This document shows positions 27,600 through 42,910 of a stretch of 64,000 nucleotides of DNA, in pieces. The translations under genes and the position numbers were made by a program. Numbering within the stretch: the first letter of the stretch is position 1; the number at the start of each line of letters is the position of its first letter. The stretch covers positions 20,274,001-20,338,000 of the forward strand of contig OZ024758.1 in NCBI GenBank assembly GCA_964016885.1. Reading direction: 5' to 3'. This DNA is from Eledone cirrhosa (taxonomy: Eukaryota). The notes under the pieces are model-generated. The model saw nothing but the letters and a program-made list of their open reading frames with translations. It did not search any database and was not told where the DNA came from.

Positions 27600-27754
27600 A
27601 TATGAAATCGCGTGTCGAAACAAATATTGTTGCAATTGGGGAGGGTCATATTGTTATAATATTGCCAGAAATAATAACAGAACAGTGAGTGTGTTTTCTT
27701 ATTATTTCTGGGCAATATTATAACAATATGACCCTCCCCAATTATAACAGTATT
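27600..27754. repeat. GGAGGGTCAT-family hairpin repeat within (TA)n
   Basis: About 55 bp arms at 27623-27677 and 27699-27754, preceded by GAAATCGCGTGTCGAAAC. Confidence 0.75.
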
Positions 27755-27758
27755 CGTA

Positions 27759-29173
<1,415 letters not shown>

Positions 29174-29213
29174 TTATATACATAGTTGTTGTATGGTTGC
29201 AATAAATGCGTCC

Positions 29214-29304
29214 TAAGACCCTCTTACTGCGATATCAAGCGTTAACGTAATATTTCCCTTCCATATACTGTACCGATTGTGTTGTTATTTCTGTTTACCT
29301 TTTA
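29214..29304 (+). repeat. Second copy of the family H2 3' segment, ending at (CA)n
   Basis: Reverse complement of about 12959-13049. Confidence 0.8.
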
Positions 29305-29502
29305 CACACACACACGTATTCGAGAGTGGGTAAAATTCCAGAGATCCATAGACGTGTTCTCTCCAGCGGTCTCTGTCACTCATTATCGCTGCCATATATA
29401 TATATATACGGGCTAACAAATAATAGTTATATGCAGTCCACTCAGGTGTAGTCCAGTTATGGTAATCCGGGTAGTGAATTTATCTACCAGTTCATGGAAA
29501 CA

Positions 29503-29539
<37 letters not shown>

Positions 29540-29629
29540 TTGTCTGAATTGAAATCATATTGTATTCCAGTGAATATTTAAAAAGTACATTAATTTGTTT
29601 TTTGAAGGCGCTACAATAATATTATGTTG

Positions 29630-30040
29630 AGGATAGGCACAAAGCTAGTAATTTTGTGGGAGCGGAAAGACGATTAAATGGACTCCATTATGTTAGTTGT
29701 GCTTTAGGCGGTGGATTGGCACCATCGTTAGAGGGTCGGACGCCATGTTTTCCAGCATAGTTACGTCCCTTTACGATCTGAGTTCAAATCCCGCCGAGGT
29801 TGAATTTGCCTTTCATCCTTACGGGGTCGATACAATAAAGTACCAGTAATGCACTGGTATTTGCTGGCCTGGTGCCTAAAGTAGAAACAATTGTGTTATT
29901 TTTGCTTTATTTCATCGACCTGTAAGGGTGAAAGGCAAAGTGATCCTCGGCGGGGTTTGACCTCAGAATGTAAAGTGCCGTAACTCCATGCTGCACTTCC
30001 TGGTGTCCGACTCTGCACCGATACTACCAATCCACCACCC
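29630..30040. mobile_element. SINE A (+, 29707-29893) nested in an older minus-strand long-form SINE A
   Basis: Host halves at about 29630-29706 and 29892-30040, with a degenerate TSD (TATGTTAGTTGTGCTTTA / TGTGTTATTTTTGCTTTA). Confidence 0.8.
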
Positions 30041-30762
30041 TAGACACTATCGTATGACGACATTTTTATTATGACGCCAAAGCGGTAATTCTTTGTCATA
30101 ACAGCTGAACGTGATTAAATATTAAAACATATATCTTCCTCCATCTATACTATTATATAAAATGTTGAGTTACTCCCAAAATGATCAAGTTACTGAAGTT
30201 GGACATTTTCAAGTTAATGTTTTCTATATAACAAAATGCCATTGTAATATGAAACGTTAATTTCCTCATTGTATCCTGTATCTTCATATGTATCAATGTA
30301 CTATTCGTGTTTTATATATAAAACGTTGAATGATATTTTATTTCTATATCATCGACATTATTATAGTATAACATTTTCTCACTTTATTACCAATAGCTCT
30401 GTATAATTTTCACATAACACCTAATTAATTCATTATCATGTTGTGTTATGTATTTACATTTTAAAAGTTTCGAGAGGGAAAACAAATGAAGCGCTTTTAC
30501 GGAAGGATATGCTGCTATAATAAGCATTCATAAATTATTTACTTCTTAAACAATTATGGTAAAACAACCTATATTTTCATGATAATTAATTGCGAAACCT
30601 CTTTACAATTTGAGAATAATTCACGTACAAATGTTTTATATATTATTATGCCTTAGTCGTTCTTAAGCAATTATATGTTTAAAGTTTTTCTAGTATGTAA
30701 ATTTCATTGTTCCTATCTTTTGACAAGATTGCTGAATATGTACTTCCCTTTTTTGAATAGAT

Positions 30763-30953
30763 GATAATTGTTTCTACTTTTGAGACAGAGCCAGCAATTA
30801 CCAGTGTATTACTGGTACTTTATTTTATGGACACGCTAAGGATGAAAGACAAAGTTAACCTCGGCGGGTTTTGAACTCAGAATGGCAAGGGCCGTAACTC
30901 TATGCGTCAAAGCATGGCGTCCGACCCTCTACCGATACTGCCAATCAACCGCC
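30763..30953 (-). mobile_element. SINE family A
   Basis: Similarity to 1079-1269. Confidence 0.88.
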
Positions 30954-31324
30954 TTTTTTGAATGAATGAATGATATTGATGGTTAAAAGAAATTATAATA
31001 ATTACTATTAAGAAATGTTGCTGATGTATCCCACAACTCTAGTGACTGCGTAATATGTTTTTGATGGGGAATCGAACGTAGAATTGAAACTTACTCAAAC
31101 TTTACTATTGCCTACTGTGTAAATAAAAAGCATTACTGCTAATTAAAACATTTCAATTCACAGAAACGTATACATTTATATGTAAACGTATATTATCCTC
31201 AACATAATTATATAGAAGCTGTTCTGTCCATGCTATTGTTTACCTACATCCCGCCTATATAATTTCATACTCCACCTCTACCACAGCCTCCCCGTACCAT
31301 TGAGTATATCACTCATAACCTAAT

Positions 31325-31542
31325 AGTGATTTCTGGTATAGGCACAATGCCACTAATTTTGGGAGAAGGGAAACTCAATTAAATAGACCCCATTACGTTA
31401 CAGGTGCTTTATGTTATCGACCCCTTACGGATGAAGGCAAAGTTAACCTCGGTGACATTTGAACTCAGACCGTAAAGTACCGTAACTCTATGCCGCAAAG
31501 CATAGCGTACGACTCTCCACTGATACTGCCAATCCACCGCCC
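31325..31542 (-). mobile_element. SINE family A (long form)
   Basis: Similarity to other copies, with an extra internal segment. Confidence 0.85.
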
Positions 31543-32474
31543 TAGTCAATAATGAAATTGTTTTTAGAGGAGAAGAGTCTAAATGGTGATAAAACCTACA
31601 CTACCCTATTTTAGTATAGTATTTATTATTCAATCCAGTTATTGTCTAGAAAATGAAGCTGTGAATAGTAAAGTTGTTTCCGTCGTGTGTCTGAACATCA
31701 TCGTGGTGGCAAATTCATTTTGCATCAAGAGTTCTATGGTGATTGGTTTGTGGAAGCGATAACGTGTCTGACATGGTATTCATTTTCGACTTTTTAATTT
31801 CTGGATTTTAAAAAAAATCACCGTCGGCAAATGTGGCTTTCATACATCGGCAGTCGAGAAAATAAAACTTCTCGAGTCGATATTAGAGACCTTGGTTTTC
31901 ATTAAAATGCTGACATCGTGCCTAAATCAGAATGTTAAAAATCTCACCAAAAACGGGAAGTGGATATGACATTAAATGCATTTTCTTAATGTATACTAAT
32001 CCTATACATATGATGGTATGTTACAAGTCTGTGAGTCAATAATATTTTAATGCGCAAGTTGTGGTTGAACTCCTCCGAAATGTGTAACATATTTAATTTA
32101 TGGAGTCCATAAAATTACAAATCAATTTAAAACGATGCACATCGATATGTAATTTATCCGCAATTAAATGTAATCAGACCCGAGAGAGTAGTTAAGTGAA
32201 AACATTAGGACATTTTAACTCAGTTAGGAAAGTCTAGTAATGCGAAACAAACTGTAAGGGTGTTAATGCTTAATGTAAAATATCTCCTAACAAACAGCAA
32301 AGTCGTAGATAATTCTGTTCAGTGAGACGTAATACACCATTAATTCATAATACACTTATTGTGGTGAATCCATAATTCTGTTAGACATGTAAAATATGCT
32401 CATGTGAATGGTCAATGAACTCAAGTTCCTGGCCCTTACGTTACACATTACTACGAGCAGATACAAACTATGCA

Positions 32475-32745
32475 GTGTGAACATGCCTAAACATACTAAG
32501 ATCTGGTGTTGGACGTGTAAAAGCTGCAATTGCAAAATGGGGATATTTAAAGGATGGGGTCATTGTGTGTAACTGTTGCATCGAACCACCGACTTCGCAG
32601 CACCTCCTGATGTGGAATACCCCCTGCACATTATTACACTTGGCAGTTTTTTAATGAGAAAGGACAGCAATGTGTTCAACTGTGGCGGAATTACATCTAG
32701 CTAAGCTTTGTTACAGAAACTCATGGGGACACGATGCAAACAAAT
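32475..32745 (+). mobile_element. 3' fragment of an Ingi/Vingi-like LINE (C-terminal Zn-binding region)
   Basis: *TCLNILRSGVGRVKAAIAKWGY..CNCC..TSQHLL resembles WxxLNRLRTGxGRxxxxxxKWG..CxC..QTxxH. Confidence 0.6.
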
Positions 32746-34010
32746 ATACATACTACAGTCTGGATATCTTTTACGATATTAAGCAATAAATATGTTGGAA
32801 GATGTATTTTCAATGTTTAATGACTTCGAAATATTATACAACCGCTCTGAATAAGCACACAGCTGATAGTAACGACATAAAAGTCGCTTTGACGTTATAA
32901 TAAAAACGTAAAGTAAGCATACTCTGAAATCAATTAAACAAAAAAAAAATAACGGTTCTATTAAATATATTTCTCTTTAAATATTTGAACATTGGTGTCT
33001 GTAAATTTGTTGCTCCTACACTGAACACAGCTTCTATTCACATTTAAGTGTATTCAATATTTCAATTTCGTTAATGTCAAACATAAATGCTTAGGGTAGT
33101 AAATTCTATTTGCTCCAAATGATTTAGCAGTTTCCTTTGATTTCGCAAAGAAATAAATTTAGTTTTTCAACACAGGAAGGAAACGTCAGCTAAAGACTAA
33201 CTCTAGCCAATATATTCCATTCCAAACACAGAGGAGTGGATGTATCCTTTTCTATACACATGGTCTAAAATATAAGTAACACCAATACGAGTATTTGTAT
33301 CATGTCAAATACACATTGTGTGTTCCAAATACGGTATACTATATTCACGAATAAAATTAATACAGTAGAGAATGACCCCTGCTAACCCATCTGATTAAAT
33401 TGCAGCTGCATGTTTGGATGTTTCAATCAGACCAATTATTGAGGAAAAAGCTACAGAAAAAAATAAAGTGTACGTGGTAGAGTAATCTTCATTTCAGTCA
33501 TTAAATTAATTCCCGGCAGCGATATTTTACAGCTAAATAGTGGACAGGAACGGCAAAAGCTCATTCTAAAGGTGGTATATACATTTTTTTTAAAATCTAT
33601 TTTCTTTTTATTCTATATTTTCCCATCATTACAGAATTGCAGGAAATACTAACGTCACTGAAATTGTTCTCTGTTTACTTTAGATATTAAGTGTTGTCAA
33701 TAATGCCTTTGTCTGAAAATTTCGAACGGATTTTGCAAAACTAAAATGCCGTATTGCGGGTAATTTATTTCCATTACCTCCTTTATATGAGCAATATGGC
33801 CATCTATCAGAATTGTATTTAAATAACATTCATTGTATTAGAAAAAAAGGATTAATTTAGGCGAGTCAAATTCACTACGGCTGAAAGAGCTATGATTTAA
33901 ATAGTCTCCCTGCAGACATAACAAAACAGAAAATTAACATTGAAATTGTGGTGTTTTTTTATATATAAATACTCAATGTAGAATTGGCAACAATATATAT
34001 ATATATATGG

Positions 34011-34252
34011 GAGATGAATATCGATGATGAACACAACAGGATGGTCTGATAGTACAGAGAGCTCGTTGAACTCCGTGAAACCTGTGGGTGAGAGATGAAT
34101 ATTAATAATGAACACAACAAGATAGTCTGATAGAAGAGTGAGCTGGTTGAACTCTGTGAAACCCGTGGGTGAGAGACGAATCTTAATGATGAACACAACA
34201 AGATGGTCTGATAGTAGAGTGAGCTGATTGAACTGTGTGAAACCTGTGGGTG
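34011..34252. repeat. 81 bp tandem repeat, 3 units, adjoining a probable SINE fragment (34252-34340)
   Basis: Units start at 34011, 34092 and 34173. Confidence 0.9.
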
Positions 34253-34518
34253 GGTGGCGTCCTGCTTAACTGACGAGAATGTTACCTGGTGATTGTTCAG
34301 ACCCAGGGTTAACTCATAGTTGAGTGGGCCTGGCGTGCCACACACACACACATACATAGACCCCGTACACACACACCAGTAGTACATATTAAATGTTTAA
34401 GCAAATAATGTTTGCTTTCACTATAGGCAGGATTGCATTAAATATGTTCCAATAATAAATATTTGCTCAACATGTTTATATATACTTAAATATGTACAAC
34501 ACTTATTGAGTCCCCCTT

Positions 34519-34544
<26 letters not shown>

Positions 34545-34549
<5 letters not shown>

Positions 34550-36867
34550 GGAAGCAGAAAATTGCTTTTTGTGATCCAGTTCGTGGTTAAGAAAGCCAGT
34601 TTCATGGATGGTTTCAACGTACGGTTAGGGGTAACTCCACAAGTTTGTAAAATTCCGTTCAATCTTGGAGTATAAAGTATAAAAGAGAAAACACAGGTAA
34701 GCATTAAGAGAAGGATTGTATCTAAGTATTTACGACCGTTTCATTGGTAAGTGCAACATTATATTGCTATACTGCAAATATCAGCCACTCAATTATAATT
34801 GTTGTTCACAGTCCAAATTTTCAAAATAGTGAGTAAGTTTTTCTTGAAATAATTCCTAATATATAGAGAAACATATTTATTTGGAATTGTATTTACTAGT
34901 ATAGAGAGAGAGGAATCAGAAGGTGAGGGGACAAAGGAAAAGTATAGAGATAGAGGAAGGGGAGAGTTAGGAAGTAGAGTGACAAACTGAGATGGAGGGA
35001 GATGTAGTGTGGTGGAAGGATTCTTTGATCAGATTTGGTAAGTAGACTTCATGTCGTAGAATGTAGTGAGTTAAAGAGAATTTAATTGATCATAGTGGGA
35101 GGGATAAATAGATAGAGAGAGAGGGGGGGGGGATATACAGAGATAAATATATATATATAAAATAAAGATAAAGATAATAATGACAAAAATAAAAGCAAAG
35201 AAGGGGGAGAAAGAAGAAAAGAAAAGATAGCCAAAAAGGGGAGGGAAGGAAGAAAACCAAGAAATAGAAGAGGAATGAAGGAGATGGGGAGGGATATGGG
35301 TATTGGTTTTTGTGGGTAAATAAAAGGGTTTAGATACAACAAGAGGGTATAAAGTCTAAGTATTTGCAGTTTGTCAGTTGGTAGTAAAAGGTTAAGTATT
35401 CGATTTGCTCTTGTAGTGCGAAAACTTCTCTTTGAGTCTATGGTTACAATAAATTGATCTTTCGATTTTATTGTTGAGTAACTTATTCTTCTAACTCAAG
35501 ATGTGGATGAGCTCAATGTCGCATAATCGACAGCTTCTCATACTACTCCGATATGGGGGCGCGTTCGATAATTGGTTCCACTTCAGGGTGTATTGATGGT
35601 TGCTTTCCCTCAGTTGCCAGGTATTGTTTGCAAGGGTGGTTACATAACGATGCTGGGAATGTTTCATTGCGTAACGGTGTGTATACCAACGGGCGTTAAA
35701 TGTATTCCCAGTCGCTCCGATGTAATACCATTTCTGGTTGTCTGATTCCACTGTGCATTGATAAACCAGGTGAGACTGCATACATGCATTATGTAATGGA
35801 CAGGTTTCAGGTAGGTGGCAGTTACAATGCTTGTCATGGGCAACTTTGGCATTATTGGTGGGCTGCGAAGCCTGTACAAGTGTGTTACGTTTTGTTTGCC
35901 TATTAGTGGGTGGTTGTGTATTATATATTATGTTGTGTTCAATGGTGATTGTATTGCTATTGTTGTAAATTTGTGTTCTGGTGTTGTTATGTATGTTTTT
36001 AGCGTTAAGCATCTTAATGTGTGCATTTATATTTGGTGCCGTGGAGTAAGATAGTCTAATAGATTTAGTGTTAAGGATTGTGCTGTATCTATGTGAATCT
36101 GGAAAGTGCTTATTTATTATTCTAAATAAGGTAGAGGGTAGGTTAGTACTAATAGAAGTGTTAAATATGGGGTTATACCAAATATATTTTCTACTGCGTG
36201 ACTTGTTTGATTTCGATGTTGTATTTCTATTTACCGTATACTTTTTAGTTCTATGCGTGTGTGCGTGTATTTCTTGAGTTTGTGTTATACGTGTTCGTGT
36301 GCGCTTTACGGAGGTTTTCATCTATATATTCTACTCTATCTAAGTGGCCTGTCTTGTCTAATGAGGTATTGTAGTATTCTGCATGTTCTTCGAAGATTTG
36401 TCGGTTAGACGAGAGGCGGGAGATCCTAAGGGATATGCTGCGTGGAATGGATTTAATTATATATAGGGGGTGGTTTGAGATACAGTTGATGTATGCTAAG
36501 TTTTCATTAATCTTGTGAAAAGGTCTTATAAGTCCCGTATTTAGGTTAAACGTCGCGTCTAGAAAGTTAACTGTTTTAGTGTTATACGTTATGTTAAGGC
36601 CTAGTTCCCCGAGTGTCTTTCTAATATTCTTACGGAGTCTTTATATGCTCTGGTTATTTAGGTTCTTAATTAGGAGGAGGGCGTGGTCTCTGTAGATTCC
36701 ACGGTGAAGGTCGCTAAACTCACTTTGTAAACTATGTGAACAACAATTATAATTGAGTGGCTGCTATTTGCAGTATAGCATTATAAGGTTGCACTTACCA
36801 ATGAAACGGTCGTAACTACGGGGATAAAATCCTTCTCTTAATCCTTACATGTGTTTTCTCTTTTATA

Positions 36868-36870
<3 letters not shown>
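34545..36870 (-). mobile_element. Penelope-like element (Naiad-type), 5'-truncated, with an inverted pseudo-LTR cap and (TA)n on both sides
   Basis: RT remnants GIYRDH, VNFLDATFNL and SNHPP; linker CNC..CPL..C; GIY-YIG motif LVYQC..YYIG; CRLC. 34675-34810 is inverted at 36735-36870. Confidence 0.88.
35392..36730 (-). pseudogene. Penelope-like RT (C-terminal half) plus GIY-YIG endonuclease, with stops and frameshifts
   Basis: ORF 35491-36321 continues past a premature TAG as KNKLLNNKIERSIYCNHRLKEKF..* to 35392. The upstream RT part is interrupted. Confidence 0.85.
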
Positions 36871-37640
<770 letters not shown>

Positions 37641-37708
37641 GTACCATGCATATGAAGAAATAGAAGGCAATAAAGGGAAGCAAACAGAAAACAAATGAAA
37701 AATAAAAG

Positions 37709-38595
37709 AATTTCTATAGACATTTGACTGAGAAATGCTCTCGCAACTTACCAATGGGAGAAGTGATCTTGCAAACCTTTCTAACGTTGGTTATAACACA
37801 TCCACATTTTATTTGATTATCTTATTTTGTTTTATTCTTTTACCATCTTGTTCCTCCTACCTCTTTATCCAACATCTTTCTGACTTTGAGAATGGTTATA
37901 GCGCACACATATTTTATTTTATTTGAATCTTCATTTTTATTTTTTATTTTTCATTTATCATTTTTCATAAATTTTTCATTTATTTTCTATTTATTATTCA
38001 TTTTCTGTGTTCTTCATGTACTTGCCTTTTATTTCTTCATATGCATCCCCCCCCTCGCACCACCAACACCACCACCACCACCACCATGAGAAATGGTGAC
38101 AATATGGATGAAGAAATACACAGATACATCTAAATATCAGCAGCAGCAAGACCTAGGCTGACCACAGCACCAACACCACTACGAAAATAAGAGTAGAGGT
38201 CAGATGTACTTAACAATAGCAAACTCTACAGGTAGCCTCACCCTAGAAACAATTTCTATAGACTTTTAACTGAGGAATGCTCTCACAACTGACCAATGGG
38301 TTGAGTGACCTTACAAATCTTTCTAACATCGAGATTGGGTATAACACACACACATTTTATGTGATTATCTTATTTTATTTTGTTCCTTTACCATCTTATT
38401 CCTTCTACCACTTTATCATTTTTTGGAGCTGACTCCAACACCAACACCAACACCACTAACAACATACAAGTAGAGGCCAGATGTACTTAACAATAACAAG
38501 AACAACCACTACATATTACCTCGCCTCAGAACGAATTTCTAGAGACTTTTGACTGAAGAATGTTCTCACAACTGACTAATGAGAGAAAATGTCCT
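37709..38595. repeat. Diverged tandem repeat, three partial units
   Basis: AATTTCTA.AGAC.TTT.ACTGA..AATG.TCTC.CAACT recurs at about 37709, 38251 and 38534. Confidence 0.8.
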
Positions 38596-38627
38596 TTGAC
38601 ACTGAAATTCGTTAGTTTAAATTCATA

Positions 38628-38933
38628 TGATTTCAGTTCCTCAGTGAAATAATAACCCAACCAGGAGCTGGGCGTATCAGAGTATTGACAAAGCTAAACA
38701 CCTCAACAACATGTGTACTCGTCTCTACCACACTAATTCGGACGGCCTGAAGAGGTCACAGCCAAAGATGGCTCTCACCGAAATATATATAACACTAATA
38801 AACGAAGCCAAATTTTAAACATTTGGCTTATTTATTTTATTTTACATTACTCCGGAGAAACAAAACCTACCTGCGCACTTCGTCGAGTTCTCCAATGTGC
38901 ATAATGAGGTGTTGGTATACAACCAACATATAC

Positions 38934-38937
<4 letters not shown>
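38628..38937 (+). mobile_element. About 310 bp hammerhead-bearing element (family H1); motif at 38742-38796 has a decayed stem I
   Basis: End-to-end match with 62730-63043; ends at (TA)n. Confidence 0.8.
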
Positions 38938-39017
<80 letters not shown>

Positions 39018-39415
39018 TAGATAGTTATATACTTTATATATATATATATATATGTATATATAAAGTATGTCAATTGAGAGAATGCTAGTAATATGTATAG
39101 AGAACACTTATCTTGTACGAGGTTATACTTACTCTATCATGGTGTATTTAAAATGGCTTATTAGTCGGCTCAATTTGAAGTATGGTAAGTTAAAAACTGG
39201 ACCTATTTTTAGCATTCTTTGCGTCCTGTCCATACATATCTACTTTTCTTCTACATGATTATTTTAATACCATGGAGAGCACAGTTTTATTTTCACCCTA
39301 GTGGTTAAATAGTTTTATCTCTCTATCCTTTTCCATTTTCAAAAGCATTTTCAAACATAGTTGTTCTTCTTTTTCGAATAATCTTTCAAGATTTACAATC
39401 CGCTACCCTACAATC

Positions 39416-39558
39416 AATAATTGTTTCTAGTGTTGACATAATGCAACCGATTATCTCAGTGCATTAATGGTACATTATTTTATCGACCACGTAAGGAAAA
39501 AAAGGCAAAGTTAACCACGGCCGGATTTGAACTCAGACCATAAAGGGCCGTAACTCTA
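39416..39558 (-). mobile_element. SINE A, 5'-truncated
   Basis: Similarity to other copies. Confidence 0.8.
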
Positions 39559-39757
39559 ATGAATAATATTTGATAGTTTAAATAATACCAATTCCATCTG
39601 CTGAGGAAAAATAAATTGTTTAAAGCGTTTTTTCAACAATACGGTGACGTCATAAAACAAATTGACATAGTTCCATATGTATCAGTCTTTCTCTATCTCT
39701 CGATCGTTGCATTTGTCTTCAACAACAAAATCTAAAGGTACGTACATGATATATTTT

Positions 39758-39788
39758 TACCGCCAGCGTAGCAACTGGTTTATACTAG
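39758..39788 (+). mobile_element. Possible Helitron 3' terminus
   Basis: Short hairpin CCAG..CTGG followed by TACTAG|T. Confidence 0.35.
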
Positions 39789-40166
39789 TGAAGTATATAT
39801 GTAGCATTCTTGAATGCATTTCGTCGATTATATGACAATACTATTCACCCGCAATCGTTTCGCCAGTGTTCAATAATTTGTTGCTGCTTATTCCGCCTGC
39901 TGATCAGCAGAAGAATGTAACCTTCAGTTAGTGCAACGCCGCTTTGTAAAGGGTTTAGGTGCTTTCTAGATAGCGTCGGTATTGCATAGGTTCCTCGTTT
40001 CATCATGTCACAATGCGAAAAAATGTTTGTTAAGAATTTGTTCAATGCGTGAGGCAACCGTATTCCAAACGGATTTGCTTCCAATACATCGACACAGTGT
40101 TCAATGCGTTTCAAGGTGCTCAGATTAAGGCCAGAACCACATGAATATATATTTTCTTTAGAGAAT

Positions 40167-40272
<106 letters not shown>

Positions 40273-40621
40273 TATATATATAGATATACGCTCAGGAAGT
40301 CATAACCAGGAATGCAGATACAGTTGCATCCAAATATAGATGACAATCTCATTTTAGTGGATTAATAGGTACATATTAACCGTTCATCGAGCAAGTATAT
40401 GTAAATATGTGTTCTCAGTAGTTTAGTTCATGTATTTGAAATATATACATGTCCAACAATGAAATAAAGAAGAGTTGATTTCTGTTGTCATTTTCATTCA
40501 ATATTTAAGCTTACAAATTAGGTAATATGAGTATTTGTTAAATATGTTTTTTGTTGATGCTATTGATATTATTATTCTTGGAGTCTCAGTCATTAATGTC
40601 ATGTAATTGGAAAATGTGTTC

Positions 40622-40944
40622 AAATGAACATCAAGCAGTGACCTGTAGCCTCAGCTATTCAGGACACATCGGAGTGTTCCTGCTGTTCTCAGCAAGCATG
40701 CCATTTGAAGTGTTCCAAAAACGGGGACTGGACTAATGTTCATTAAAGATCCTTGAAAACTCTTTGACCTTGATCTCGACAGTTTTAAATCCTTTTTATC
40801 TCCCACTTTAAATCCTCTTATCGGTTAATTTTCTCCTTCTTTTCTTGCACTCTTGTGTCAAAGAGACAGGCTACATCTGCAATCAGGCACAGACTTGTTT
40901 CCTTGTCAAAAACCCATAGCACCTTCACTCGATCGTTTTCTATC
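40622..40944 (-). mobile_element. 3' fragment of an R4/Dong-clade non-LTR retrotransposon (RLE domain), internally deleted
   Basis: IENDRVKVLWVFDKETSLCLIADVACLFDTRVQEKKEKINR*EDLKWEIKRI..LQMACLLRTAGTLRCVL. Confidence 0.75.
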
Positions 40945-40969
40945 AATGACTCTGGATTGTTGTTATTGG

Positions 40970-41563
40970 AGGATTGGCAGTATCGGTAGAGAGTCGGACA
41001 CCATACTTTGCAGCATAGAGGGACACCCCTTTACGTTGTGAATTCAAATCCTGCTAAGGTAAGCTTTGCCTTTCATCCTTCCTGGATCGATAAAATAAAA
41101 CACCAGTAATGCACTGGGGTCGATTTAACCGAATCCTTTCCCCCTAAATGACTGGCCATATGCTTATATTAGAAATATGGAAGTATCGGTAGAGGGTCGA
41201 ACGCCATGCTTTGCAGCATAGGGTTATGGCCCTTTATGATCTGATGTCAAATCCCACCGAGGTTAACTTTGCCTTTCATCCTTACGGGGTCGATAAAATA
41301 AAGTACCAGTCACGCATTGGGGTCGGTTTAATCGACTTATCCCTTTCCCCAAACAATTGCTGGCCTTGTCCCTATATAAGAAATATTGGTAGAATCGGTA
41401 GAGGGTCGGACATGCTTTCCAGCATAGTTACGTCCCTTTACGATCTGAGTGCAAATCCCGCCGAGGTTAACTTTGCCTTTCATCCTTACGGGGTCGATAA
41501 AATAAAGTACCAGTAATGCACTGGTTTATTTCTGGCCTTATATCGAAAGTAGAAACAATTATT
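40970..41563 (+). mobile_element. Three head-to-tail SINE A copies
   Basis: About 40970-41178, 41178-41387 and 41387-41563. Confidence 0.88.
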
Positions 41564-42374
41564 ATCATGACAAATATAAGGCACGTTTAATATATGCTTT
41601 CCAACCTTCTTTTCACTGATTGTCATTCCTTCTAGAATATAATTGAATACAATCGTGTTAAATATAATTAGATATTGATACAAATAAAGTCATATGTGGC
41701 AGGAAAGAAAGAGGATGAGCATTCTTAAGAAAAAAACATTTAGTTTTGGATAATAGTGTTGAGTTACAAACATATTGCAAGACATTTCATTGTTACGTCA
41801 TAATCATCATCATCAATCTCACCAATGTATGTACAGTGTGATTTATGATATTTCGTTCTATTCTAATTACTTTTCTTTGACCGCAGTTCAATATCACGAT
41901 ATTGTTTATTTAATATGCACAGCTGAACATTGCACAAACACACTTCAGTTCGATTTAAAATGGGAGAGTACGATTTGAACAATGTATAGAGGCACACGTG
42001 TATCACAATGGATGTTTATCTATGGGAATATCAACATGGAAGGACAAACAGGTCGAGTCATTATACACAGTTGTTTTGACTAAAGTAGAAATGGAACGAG
42101 AAAACAGAAAACAATTATATTTTAATACATGTATACATGGATATTAGGTAGGTGTCTTTTAAAATGCGTGATGCATATAATATATATACATATCACGGAA
42201 ACAGATATAACATTGTTCGGCTAAAAAAACATTTACATGAATGAATGGATCTATATAAAATCATTAGTGGTTTAGCATTGAATTTTACATATTAAAAACG
42301 ATCTCGTGTTTGTGGATTATCAAATCTGTGCAAAATGTTGAAGTTTGGAACGTTATTTCCATAGTATCACTTGA

Positions 42375-42910
42375 TAATTATTTCTACGTTATGGCACAAT
42401 GCCAGCAATTAATCCAGTGCATTACTAGTACTTTATGTTATCGCCCCAGTAATGATGAAAGGCAAAGTTAAACTTAGCGGGATTTGAACTCAGAACATAA
42501 AGGGATGTAACTATGCTGGTTAGCATGGCGTCCGATCCTCTACCGTACTGCCAATTTACCGCCCTTTGTAATATATATATAATGGTTCCTAATTTAGGCA
42601 CATAGAGTAGGGGAACGTCGATTAAATCGACCCCAATACATTACTGGTGCTTTATTTCATCGACCCTGTAAATATCAAAGGCACAGCTAACCACGGCGTG
42701 ATTTGAAATCGGAATGTCCTGCTCTCTACCCATACTGCCAACCCAAAGCCCAATTTACATATTATTGTTTCTACTTTTGGCACAAGGCCAGCAATTACCC
42801 AGGTGCATTACTGGTACTTTATTTTATCGACCCCGTGAGGATGAAATGCAGAGTTAGCCTCGACTAGATTTGAACTAAGTATGGAAAGGACCGTAACTCT
42901 ATGCGTCAAA
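42375..42910 (-). mobile_element. Three tandem minus-strand SINE A copies
   Basis: About 42375-42564, 42580-42750 and 42762-42910. Confidence 0.85.

Noticed and set aside
34011-34252. CRISPR-like array, or tandem hammerheads (CTGATAG..GAAAC)
   Set aside because: Whole 81 bp units repeat with no unique spacers and the context is eukaryotic. The core is CUGAUAG, position 17 would be G, and stem I does not close.
35392-36321. Selenocysteine recoding, as reported for some Naiad elements
   Set aside because: The Cys motifs here are encoded by ordinary Cys codons, and the internal stop is TAG rather than TGA.
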